Origin: Geosiphon pyriformis uo1
Lineage: Eukaryota; Fungi; Glomeromycota
Direction: 5' to 3'
DNA length: 64,000 nucleotides
NCBI GenBank assembly: GCA_016748015.1
Contig: JAAOMT010000630.1
Location: 345,585-409,584 of the forward strand
Shown here piece after piece: positions 52,663-64,000 of this stretch (positions are counted from its first letter, which is position 1; every line of letters begins with the position of its first letter). Below the pieces are notes generated by a model. That model did not search any database, was not told the origin of the DNA, and saw only the letters and a program-made list of their open reading frames with translations. A program made the position numbers and the translations under genes.

Positions 52663-53846
52663 AATAGTTTAACGTTTCTTTATACATTCATTCCCTTTCA
52701 AGATTAAATAAATAAAAAAATTAATACCAAAGTTAATTTGACAACAATTTTTGTCAAATAATTATTTCCATGAAAAAGTAGTAATAATTTATTCACGTAA
52801 TATACATGTATTAAGGGCTCTACAAAATTTTTAACAAGTAAAAAATTTCTCGTTAATTAAACGTCATTAATTATTGAGTGTTAGTATTTATTCTTAACAG
52901 TTTGATTAAAAAAAATTTTTATAATTTTTTTTGAAGCTCAATTTTTTGATTACATGATCCAAATTTTTTGGAGAACATGTTTTTTTTTATAAAGAAATAA
53001 CAGGATAGAAATATTTAATTGTTAATAATAAATATTTTTTTTCTTAAATTGTATATATTGGTTGATATTGTCAAAAAAAAATTGTTGCATAAAGTAAAAC
53101 CGAAAATAGAAAATGAAAAAAAAATTTAAATTTTTTGTTTTATATATATATATATACAATCAATATAAATTTCTAATATTTTTTTTACAATATTTATTAT
53201 TATTTAATTAAATTTTCAATTAAAAAAAGTTAATAAATTTTTAATTGTTTAATTTATTTATAAAAATATTGTATAACATAAAATATTTTATACATTAAAA
53301 GTAAAAAAAAAAAAAACTTTTTAAGAAAATTATTTTTTTCTAATAAAATGTAATAATCATGTTTATTAACTAATATCAAATTTTTATTTCATGCCTATAT
53401 TTTAAAATTATAAACCCATTTTCAAAATTTATATTAAAAAATAGTTTTGTAATTTACAACATACAATTCAATTTTAATTTCTTAGTCATAATTTATAAAA
53501 TAAAAGGTAAAAATTTTTTTAAAAATATAACTATTTAAGTCTATTTATTGAAATCTTTTAAGAAATTTCAAGTATTCAATTTTTAAAATATCAAGAAATT
53601 TTATATAAAACATATATATCTAGAATTTAACTATTTTGATATATATATATCTAAATAAAATATTATGTAAAAAGTTAAATGTCTAATATGAATTTTTATC
53701 GGGTATCATTGAAAAAATATTTAAAAACTTTTAAAAAAGCGATTTTTTTTAGATTTAGTAGCTCAAAATTTTAAAAACCAACCTCGCTCCCAAATTATTG
53801 TTTTTTTAATCGCAACTTTATTTAAAAAAATAGTAAACTACTCATT

Positions 53847-55307
53847 TCAGTTCCTCAACATTAAAGAATGGTATTTATTATGTTTTTTTATATGACCATA
53901 TGTATAACCAAAATAAGGACCATCATATGTAAATTTGGGTTCATGTTCAGGTTGTGCATTATTACAATACTATAAAATAGAATTCCCCAATTTAATCCTA
54001 ATCTAGCTTAAAAGAAAATCAAAATTTTCAAGAAAATTGCCTACCGGATTTTCTATCAATATATCTTCATCTTTATCATCTATCACAGGACAATAAATTA
54101 AGTCAAACCTATCACAATCGCATTGAGTTTTGATCCAGTATTCCATCCCTGGATGTACATACATAACGTGAGCTATATTACTCGTTTGGAATGGGAATCT
54201 AGTAATTTGGTCATCCATTAAAGTGACTCGGTATACTGTTAATTGATTGTTAACATGTCTTGCAAATTCCATATTCCCAATTCGTGGTAATCCAAAAGTA
54301 TAGACAATAAAATTCTCAATTTTTGAAGAGAGCTCTTGAATCAGCAAGGCTGTAAATATTGCATATACTATATTTTTTAAAATGAAAAAAAAATTAAGAA
54401 ATTCTACCACTACAACCAAAATAAAAATGTGTGCAGCAAAATATACCTCCTCCTAAGCGATGTCCAAGTAAATAAAGGCCTGTTTTTGTACTGGTATTTA
54501 TCATATTCAATAAATATAATATTATTTCATCTTTGGCTTCCAAGAAATCAGTATAAAAGATTTTATCAACCTTTGCATCTTCAATATCGGGATAAGATTT
54601 AAATATATTTTCTCGGTTTTTATTCCATGTGCTCAAGTACCGAATTTCAGGGGCTATTATAGTAAATAACATTGTATGATGTGTAATATCAACTCTTCCT
54701 ATAGAAAGTGGAGAAATTCTAATTCAAAATTTTTAATTCAATTGACAGATACGGATTGAAAAGTTTAATTACAGAAAATACCTCTAATTTTGTAATCTTT
54801 TGTAATATATCTTAATTTATCAGGATTATAATTGTCTGCCAAATGTTTTGCGAATTGAGTAAATAAATTAATTTTTTTTTTGCCTTGAACTTGAGTTGGT
54901 TTCACAAGTTCTTTCTCCAATGTTGGTTCCATAAGTTCTTTCTCAAATTCAGAGTCAATATTTCTAGCTGATAAAATATCTCTTTTTGTTTGAGCTGATT
55001 GAAAACTATTTTGTCGTTTGTTTTTACACTTCTTTTGTCGAGTTTTTCCTAGAAATTTTTTAGAGGATAATCGGCAATAATTTTTAAAGATAATTTCTGT
55101 ATTGAACTTTTTATCCTCATTCTTCTTGGAAATGATCTTTTGTTGTTTTGGAAAGGTTATAATAATTTTATTCCGATCGAGAGATGCTATTTTGTCTAAA
55201 ATATTTTCTGAATTATTCCAAATCTCTGCATTGGATTTGATTAAAATATATTGAAAATATTCAAATATAGTGACAATAATTAGAAAAATGATAAAGGAAG
55301 AAAACAT
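53847..55307 (-). CDS. Secreted or signal-anchored class-3 lipase-like protein, predicted catalytically inactive; exons 55307..54782, 54698..54447, 54367..54045, 53969..53847; 407 aa
   Basis: Hydrophobic N-terminus. Motifs LLGHRLGGVYA, VYTFGLPRIGN, YRVTLMDDQITRFP, YVHPGMEYWI, CNN and GPYFG. Three GT-AG introns splice in frame. Confidence 0.85.
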
Positions 55308-57873
55308 TTTGTTTAATTATCAATTACTAAATCACACAAAAAATTAATATATATATATATTACTATATATATCTCAAGTATATTTTTGTTTAATCATTCT
55401 CCTTTATTAAGCAAACTTTAATCCCATTTTTTATTATGAGTTAATATTCTTTAATTTATAAAACATTTAAAAAATTGATGATTTAAACGAATTAAATTAG
55501 TTCAAATAATTAGCACGATTAATATTGGGTATCAAACATTCTAAACTATAGCCATTCGCATTTTGTATCATCCCTATCATATATTTGTGTTTAAAAAAAA
55601 GTTAATGATTTAATTGAATGAAAAACATTTTTTTTTGATTTTTAGAAATTTTCATAATGTCCAATTATTTACTTGTTTTAGTTTTTATGTATGTTAGTGT
55701 ATTGTTTTTAAAAAAATATACTTTTATCAACATAACCAATTTCCAAAAAACTCTTTATTTTTCACATTATAAAAATTTCTATTTTTCCGAGATTAAATAT
55801 GTTTAATGTTTATTTTAATTATGTCCAAATACAATAATTTTGTTTCCGACAAATTATAGAAAGGATTAATTAGAAAATAAATGAAGATTTTAACCAAATT
55901 ATTTGATAATAATGATTAAATATTTATATTTTCTTTTTTCTAAAATAATAATATAATTGTCAATTAAAATTTAATGAGTTTTAATTAATATAATGGCAAG
56001 GAAACGAATATCAGGCTTTTAGGAAAGCTAGTTTCACTTACCCTTCCCCTTTCCCCCTCCCCCCCAAAGATCGGAATATTATTAAATGATTAAACAATAG
56101 AAATCACTGACAGTCAGAAAGAGTGATTAGAAATAGTAATTGGTATTGATTAGATTAAAAAATTTTGTTAATAAAAAAAGCTGTATATATAATTATTGAT
56201 AAACTATAATATTCTATAATAATTATGCAAAGATTTTAGAATTTATAATACCAAAGAAAAAAATGAAATTATAATTTAATTAAAAAATATATTAAACAAT
56301 ATAATTACAATGTAACAAAAAAATTAAACATTCTAGATTTAAGAGTTTTTATTATTTTAAGTGAGAATAATAAATAAATATGGATTGAAATATCATATGA
56401 ATACAAGTCAATAATGAATAAAAAATTTATGTTTAAAATTTTTATCAGTTTAATCATTTACCTCGAATTATTATTAATGATTAGATGAATTTTTTTCTAA
56501 AGTTTTTAAAAATTGTAAAATTTTTATTTAGTTTAAAAAGTCAAAAATTTCTAAAATATTATTTATATTATCAAGGCAAAAAAATTTTTGAACCTTTGCA
56601 CTTTTATGAATCTTGAGAGATTTTTAATATTAGAAAAGAAAAATGGAAAACTTTAAAGGGTGCATATATTTTATTCATATTGTATTATAAGTTAAAGAAC
56701 CCACAATAAATTTTACAAATTTCTATCTCAAGATTTAAAAATCTTTTAATCGATCTTATAAAGTTTTTGATGATCTAAATGTTATGAAACAAGGAATCAG
56801 TTACAATATTATTATTATTATTATAGGGTTTAAAGATCGAATTTAATTATTGATTAAATGAATTTTCTCGGATCGTTTATTATGACAATCTCGCGTTGTA
56901 TAATTTTCTACATTTATATGAACCTCAAAACATTTAGATTTCAAATAAATGGAAATCAATAAATAAAATATGATTCGATCAATCTTACCTGGTAAAATGA
57001 ACGCAACCTGACTATACCTTTGAGATTGAAAAAATTAAAAAGTAAATATCAAAAATAGTTTTTCTTAAAGTTCAAGTTTTTTTTCTTTTACTTATTTTTA
57101 TTCGCAAAAAGTTTTTGATAGAAATATAAAATTAAAAATTATATCGTATTCACATGAATCTTGCATAATTGTAAAATATTTTAAACGACTCTAGGGTTTA
57201 AATATTGTCTAAGAATAAAATCATGAGTTAGAGGATTTACTCAAAACAAATTTTTTTTAATAATAAAACAAATTTTAGAAAATTTAAAATAGATTTTATT
57301 TAATTTCATTCAACACTTTTTGACATTAGATAATGGCTATTTTTATTTTTATTTCATTTAATTAATGATTAAAAACGTGGTATCGAGCAACAAAATTAAT
57401 TCAACCTGTAATAAAAAATTCATCATCTTAAATAAACTTTGCTTTCAATGTTTAAGAAAATTAATAAAATTTTTATAAAATCAAAGTTTAACATAATGTT
57501 GAGAATTTTTCTTGACAAAATTTTTAACGGTTAAGATTAATTGTCAACAAATTTTTTACATTCAAAAAAAGTTATCTACAAAAATTACTAACGTTACCCC
57601 TAAAATTATTTACAAACTCAAAAGTCTTTTGGCTAGTTTATTTTCACCCGATTGATTGTGCAAATTGTAAACAATTTTAATACAAATATTATCATTATTT
57701 TAATTGTATAAATAAATCTTTTAGAATATTTGTTGATCTTTGAAGCAACGTCGAGTTTCGAAATTTAAATTTAAATTTTTCCGATTCATCGATTATCAAC
57801 ATTCGAAATATCCTTTATCATTTTTCTTCTCTTATTCACAATTGACTTTAATTTCAAAAAAAAAATTTAAATA

Positions 57874-58439
57874 ACGAATTTGTTTTTGAAACTCTAATTA
57901 TTTCAGCTCTTATTGCTTATTTTATGCAATTTTTGGTCAATCGTTCATGCCAAACCAATTCCAACCTTTGGAAATAACTTTGATAGTGATTCTTTTTCAT
58001 TTGAAATGGAGACAATATTTTATTAGATGAACCAACATCTCCATAAATAAATTGGTCCAATGGTTTTATTCTAAATGAATAGTGAAGTTTTATTCTCAAA
58101 TAAACTTTCGTCATCGTCATCGTCATCGACGAATGTTTGGGAGCCAAATGAATTCAAAACGAATGGAGAGGATAAAGAGATTTTCTTAAACATTAATAAA
58201 TAAACCGATCAAACGAATTTGAAAACCATTATTGATAACACTGCACTTGTACAAGACTTATCTGAAACTAACATTTCACAATTCACAAGCAATCAAGGTT
58301 TCCCTTTTCTGATGCTGAATTGGTTAATATCTTTGCTTCAAATTATGATAACAATATGAATACTCAAATACTTACATCAGCAACTGAAGAAGATCCACAG
58401 GTATTACCCGCAAGTGCGAAAGAAAAAGAAGGATTCTAA
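57874..58439 (+). pseudogene. Decayed small secreted protein gene
   Basis: (ACG)NLFLKL*LFQLLLLILCNFWSIVHA-KPIP looks like a signal peptide and cleavage site. It is followed by interrupted Ser/Asn/Glu-rich coding-like sequence ending KEKEGF*. Confidence 0.5.
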
Positions 58440-58539
58440 GTTATTGCTAGAATAGCTAATAAAGCCATTTGTCATAAAAAAAAAACTAAAAGATTCAAAC
58501 GAATTGGTTTTTGGTGCTCTCAATCACTGATTTTTGGAT

Positions 58540-60370
58540 TTGCAATTTTTTGGTTGAACTTTTAAGAACTCATTGCAATTTTTCATTAAGCTAAGAATTA
58601 GCCTAGTTAACAATTTTTTGGCTTATAATAAGAATACTATTGAATTGCAAAATATATATCACAAAAAATTACTGAGCACATTTTATTTAACTACTAATGT
58701 TCTAATATCTGATACTTTAAGTGTTTTATTGTATTATAATATGGTCTATTCTTTAAAGAAATTTGATATAACAAGCATGATTAAATTTTTGATTGAAAAA
58801 TATTTTGTTATCAGAAAAGATTGAATCCAAAAGATCTTGTGCCTTAATGGTTTAATTTTGTTGTAAGTTTTTTTTATGTTAATAGTTTTTGTTTGTCTAA
58901 CTTCAAGGCATTTTATGGTTCTTGTTGCCAAAGTATCCACAAATCAAGTAGTTTTTTTGTAATTAGAAGTGTCTTAAAAAAGCAAAGTTAGATCGTATTA
59001 ATATTTTTACAGACAGTTTATTAAAAAATATAGGTTTGTCTGCCATTGTTAGTAGTGTTTTAGTTTTTTTTTAACAATTTAGGTTTGAACATAGATCTTC
59101 AAGTTTAAGGCCTAACATTGTCAATATTGACTGAATTGCAAATTAATACTTTAGCTTTCAAGTACATATTGATTCCTAGTGTGATGATTATCTATTTTTA
59201 TAATTAGACAGCTTTTAATATATATGTTTCTGAATTTAAATTAATATTGCTAGATTTATGCAATTGCTATTAAATAAAAAGACACCAAATTGCAAACATT
59301 ATTTCAGATTAAAAAAATTTTGTTACTTAATCCAAGATTAAAGATTATTCTGATAATATAAGCAACAGTACAGTTAATACTATAATTTATAAAATTGCTT
59401 ATTTATTTTTTATTCTATTTGTTTCTATTCAAAAAAGGTTTTTTTTGGCAGATAATATTACAGTTTTTAAAAATGCTTAATATTTTGTTTGTAATATGTA
59501 TAAAACTATGTATTATGCTCAATAAAAAACAGATTTTAATATTGAAATAATAAATAGCTTTTTAATTAAAAACATTAATTACATATATATTTTTTTGGTA
59601 TAGTATTCCAATTTACACATGTTGTCTGAATTTTTTCTTAAACATATTGCCAATTTATGTATTTATTTAATAAAAACAATTTACAAATAATTGTTTTTAA
59701 TAATTAAATAAAATTTGTATAACAAATATTACTTTAGAGTTTTATGTTTGTATTATAAAGAAACAGATTTTTTAAATCAAGTTTTTACTTTTAAAATAAA
59801 TGTTAAGTATTATAAAAAAATATTATTAAATTATAATAGTTGTTAAAAATTATTAGCTAGTATGCAGTTTTTTTATTTTTAGTTTTACATATTTTATTTT
59901 TTGCTCTTTAGATAATAACTTATATACTGCTTTTTATAAGAGTTTTATTTTTAAAAATTAATATATCAAATTTTTTTAATCTAAAAATATTAAGACTACT
60001 TTTGTAAAATTTGTAATTTTTATGTACAGTTAATTATTAGTTATAAAAACAGAATTCGGTTACATAGATTTAAATATAAAGCTACTATAAAAAAAAGTTG
60101 ATTAGTAATAATAAGTTAATGCTTTATATAATATATAGTTTATTAAACAGGTTTTCTGTTGGTGTGATTTGTATACTCAGTATAATTAAAACATATATGA
60201 TAAATTTTGGTTTGTGTAATTATTGCTTTTTTCAGATTTTAAGTAGTAAAGTTACAGTATATATATATATAATATAATTTTAATTGTTCCAAGTAATTAG
60301 TTATATGTAAATTATATTTAATAAAATTTACTTAGTCTAATTTTTATACTAAATAATAATCGGATCTTAC
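58540..60370 (+). mobile_element. Heavily decayed non-LTR (LINE-like) retrotransposon 3' part with RNase H
   Basis: IFTDSLLKN (YTDGS), SILTELQINTLAF (AELxA), NLHMLS and VLCLYY..FLNQVFT fragments are collinear with the minus-strand copy. Both share the 3' block ttacttagtctaattt. Confidence 0.7.
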
Positions 60371-61329
60371 TGATAAAACATAATAAAATATACAATTTTA
60401 ATAAATTAATTAAAAGATTATAGTTATATAATTATTATAAAGTTTAAAATTAATTAATATGTAAATTTATTATTTAAAAATTAAAAATTTTAAGTTTTTT
60501 ATTTTATTATTTATAAATACATAAATTAATAACTAAAATAAAAAAATATAAATTCTTAATTAAAAATAAAATAAAATAAATAAAAATATAAAATAAAAAA
60601 GCTTAATTGAGTATATTTTTAAGAAAAATCATCATTATATTATTTAATACCAGCTAAGTATATTGTTAATAAATAATATTTATTTGTATATAATTGTTTA
60701 AATATTATAATTAATATAAATAGATTCTTTATAGTCTTTATTATCTTTATCTAAATCTTATTTTTTATCTTAATATTTTATTCTTTTTTATTCTTTTGCT
60801 TATATAAGTTTTTAAATTAACACAAAATCTTAAAGTTATATAACTTTACTTATTATTACTAATATTATTTTATCCGTTGTATTTTATAATAAAATTAATA
60901 TTCAAAATTATAACTGACAACAGTATTTTTATTTTTAAATTTTTTAGAATATATTATACATATTATATTTTTTTAAAATAATAAATTTCAAATAACATAG
61001 CTATGTATATAATAATAATATTAATAATTAAAGTATTTTTGAGTTTTATAAATATAAATATGTTAAAATAAAAACAATTTACAAATGTTGAATTATAAAA
61101 ATGAAAAATATTGTTAATAAAAGCTTATATATTCTTATTAATAATTACAAAAATAAAACAAGAATTTAAAGGACAGTAAAACTTTTAAAAAAATAAAAAA
61201 AATTACAATAATAAAATTTATAAGTTTTGTTTTATACTTTTGTATAAATCGATAAAAATGTGTATAAATTAAAATTTATACTAAAAAAAATCAACTTTTT
61301 GTTAATTTTTTAAATATCTGATTAATTAT

Positions 61330-62100
61330 ATAATAATAATTATTTATATTAAAAATTGATTGTTTGTTAACTTTTTAAATATTTTTTTAAAAACATGAAT
61401 TGTTATAATGCCTATTTGTATATATTAAATTAGATTTAATGTAAATTAATTGTTAAATATATGACAACAATTGTTTATACTAAAAAAAAATTAACTGTTT
61501 ACTGATTTATTAAATGCTTTTTTAGAAATATAGATTGTTATATTGTTAATTTACATGTATTAAATTATATTTAGTAAATATTAATTGTTAAATTTATAAT
61601 AATAGTTGTTTATATTAAAAAAAATTAATTATTTACTAATTTTCTAAATGTTTTTTTGGAAATATAAGTTATTATAATATTTATTTATATATATTAAATT
61701 AAATTAATGCAAATTAATTATTAAATATATAGTAATAGTTATTTATATTAGAATAAAACAGTTGTTTATTGGTTTTTTAAATAGTTTAAAATATAAGTAA
61801 TTTTAATATTAATTTGTATATATTAAATTAAATTTAGTATATATTAACTATTAAATAAATAATAATAATTATTTATACTAAAAAAAATCAACTGTTTATT
61901 GATTTTTTAAATGTTTTTTTAAAGCATGTATTATTATAATATCTATTTGTATATATTAAATTAAGTATAATATAAAATATATATTAATAATTGTTTATAT
62001 TAAAAAAAATTAATTATTTACTGTTTTTTAAATGTTTTTTTAAAAACAAAATTTGTTATAATATTAATTTATATATATTAGATTAAATTTAGCACAAATT
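61330..62100. repeat. Degenerate tandem repeat, about 6 units of ~122-135 bp
   Basis: The anchor tttataYtaaaaaaaa...ttaaatgtttttt...tatattaaatta recurs at about 61343, 61474, 61609, 61742, 61872 and 61994. Confidence 0.8.
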
Positions 62101-62189
62101 AATTTTTAATTATATTTATTATAGTTAAAACTTTTTTTTAATTTTATTTATTTATTTAGTTATATTTTATTATTGCAATTTAATAAATA

Positions 62190-64000
62190 AAGCCTAATCA
62201 CTATTTAATATACAAAATTAGACTAAGTAACCGAAATTAGATATGACTTATACATTTATTACATGTGGCCAGCCATTTAAGCCAAACAAGACAACACTAT
62301 ACATTTATTACAACTTTTATATTGCCAATCAAACTCAAAAAGAAAAAACATGATTTATGTCTATCAAAACTAATAGCAAAAAATTCAGCAATACTAAGAA
62401 GTCAGACTATACTATCTGACAACTCAGCCACCAAGCCATAAAACACATTGTACACTACCTCACCATCATTTGTCAAGCCGGTTTTTTCTATCTCAGTCTT
62501 AAATATAGCTCTACTAAGCCAAATCAGTGAACAATGCTTCTTTACCAATTAACTTATAAATAAAACAACAGCTTTTTTCTTAGTGTCAAACATCACTAAT
62601 ACTTCCATGCACCAGTCTTTAAGCATAAAATTCTTACAAATCACAGTGTACAAGTTCACATCTACTAAGCAATAGAAAAGAGTTTCCAATACAACAGATG
62701 ACAAAAGATTATATGAACCAGCCACAAAAATTTACTTGTCAAAAAACTCTGCAAAAATATTTTTATGGCTTTTAACATTTTCAATACATGTGAAAACATG
62801 ATCCAGAAGCTTTATTTTACTATACAGCAAACACAACACATTTAAATAATTCTTATTATATAATTTTTTTCTAACCACCACTAATAAATATCTATATACA
62901 GTCTTTATTAAATAAGTTCACAGATTAGTAAACTTTTTATTGGTAAAATCAAACAATATATATAAATTAGGGTGCCATATCTTAGCAGTAAACAGCCAAT
63001 TCACTTTTTTAATCAAAACATTAAGTACCACTCAACAACTTGGACCAATTTTTTATTGAACACAAGAAATAAAACTGTATATATTCTGAATGAAATAATG
63101 TGTATTGTCAAAAACAGTTATGACATCAGCCATAATATAGTGTTCTTTAACTCTAATTGGCAGAAACAAATGAGATTCAGCTGCCTTACTAGCCATTTGA
63201 TTAACCTTATTATTATTCTACATCCCTAAATGATCCTTGATTTTTATCCATTCAACTGAGAGATTTTTATTCCTTATTAAATTGTGTATATGTCTATTTA
63301 ACAACAATTGCAAAAATCTGGCACAGCACAATTAATCACAACAACACATGTATTAATAGCCATCTGACTGTTTATATATAGAACCACTATACAAAAAAAA
63401 GAGACACATTCCAAAAACAAAGCAACAGTCTGTAGCTTGATCAAAATAAATGGCAGGAAATCATCTACTCCAATGCCAATACCTATATCTGCAGCAGAAA
63501 AATATGCAGCAACTTTATTAGTGACTTTAAAAAAGCCTTAGTTCTTTAAGAAGCTGTCTGTATACATGTCCAAAGCATTTAATCAAACCTTATGCAAATG
63601 TTCATGAATCTCAAAAAATCCAACAGAATCCAACATACTTAAAATACAATATCTATTAATATGTAAAAAAACAAATATTATTGGTTTATTATTATCCTAA
63701 AACTTTAAAGTCAATTTGAATCAAAATAGCATTAAGCCCCTGATATCTAACTTTTTCCAATAACAAAATGTCTTTCAATCCATAACTCTGTTTTTTTTAT
63801 CCAGAAGTTTGTTATTAAACATTACCCCAAACCTCCTAAGAGAATAAACCAAATTATAATACAAAGACTTTTTAAGAATATTAGACATTAAGACTTTTCT
63901 GGGACTGCAAAAAGCATTAAGCAAGATGTTATCTAAAAACAACTTATTAACCAAAAAAATTCTTATAATTTCAGCCAAAAAGTTATTGACAGAACTAACT
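62190..64000 (-). mobile_element. Decayed non-LTR (LINE-like) retrotransposon with RNase H and a C-terminal CCHC-like region; runs off the window end
   Basis: Minus strand reads MYTDSFLKN, VAAYF, KLQTVALFLE, LYINSQMAI, EWIKIKDHLG..NNKVNQMA (RNase H order), then IWHPN and VLCLLY..LDHVFTC. Many stops. Confidence 0.8.

Noticed and set aside
61330-62100. CRISPR-like array
   Set aside because: Whole units are homologous with no unique spacers, there are no cas genes, and the context is eukaryotic.
62972-63229. Small ORFs in AT-rich or TE DNA (19165, 39508, 51944, 58573, 58746, 62972, 63775)
   Set aside because: They are chance frames or pieces of decayed LINEs, with no independent gene evidence.

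Overview
Very AT-rich eukaryotic DNA with short GT-AG introns. The BTB-BACK-TLDc expansion, class-3 lipases, and Tc1 and RNase H-bearing LINE relics point to a Glomeromycotina (arbuscular mycorrhizal/Geosiphon-type) fungus; the taxon is an inference. The main feature is an array of eight paralogous two-exon BTB/POZ-BACK-TLDc genes, labelled B1-B8 here. Five are intact, one is cut by the window edge, one has a single frameshift and one is a deleted pseudogene. The copies sit in nested inverted duplications, are patchwork mosaics of each other, and differ in their TLDc C-termini almost only by amino-acid-changing substitutions. That pattern suggests a recombining, diversifying substrate-recognition repertoire of putative Cul3 adaptors. 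Also present: a full-length Tc1 element with TIRs and a TA duplication inserted 6 bp before the B2 start codon, further Tc1 relics, an intact membrane class-3 lipase, an intact secreted pseudo-lipase (GHRLG) with a deleted sister copy, a 709-aa disordered ORF, a decayed secreted-protein gene, two convergent decayed LINE/RNase H elements around a ~130-bp tandem repeat, and three N gaps, one of which creates an artefactual 294-bp duplication. All alignments and counts were done by eye.
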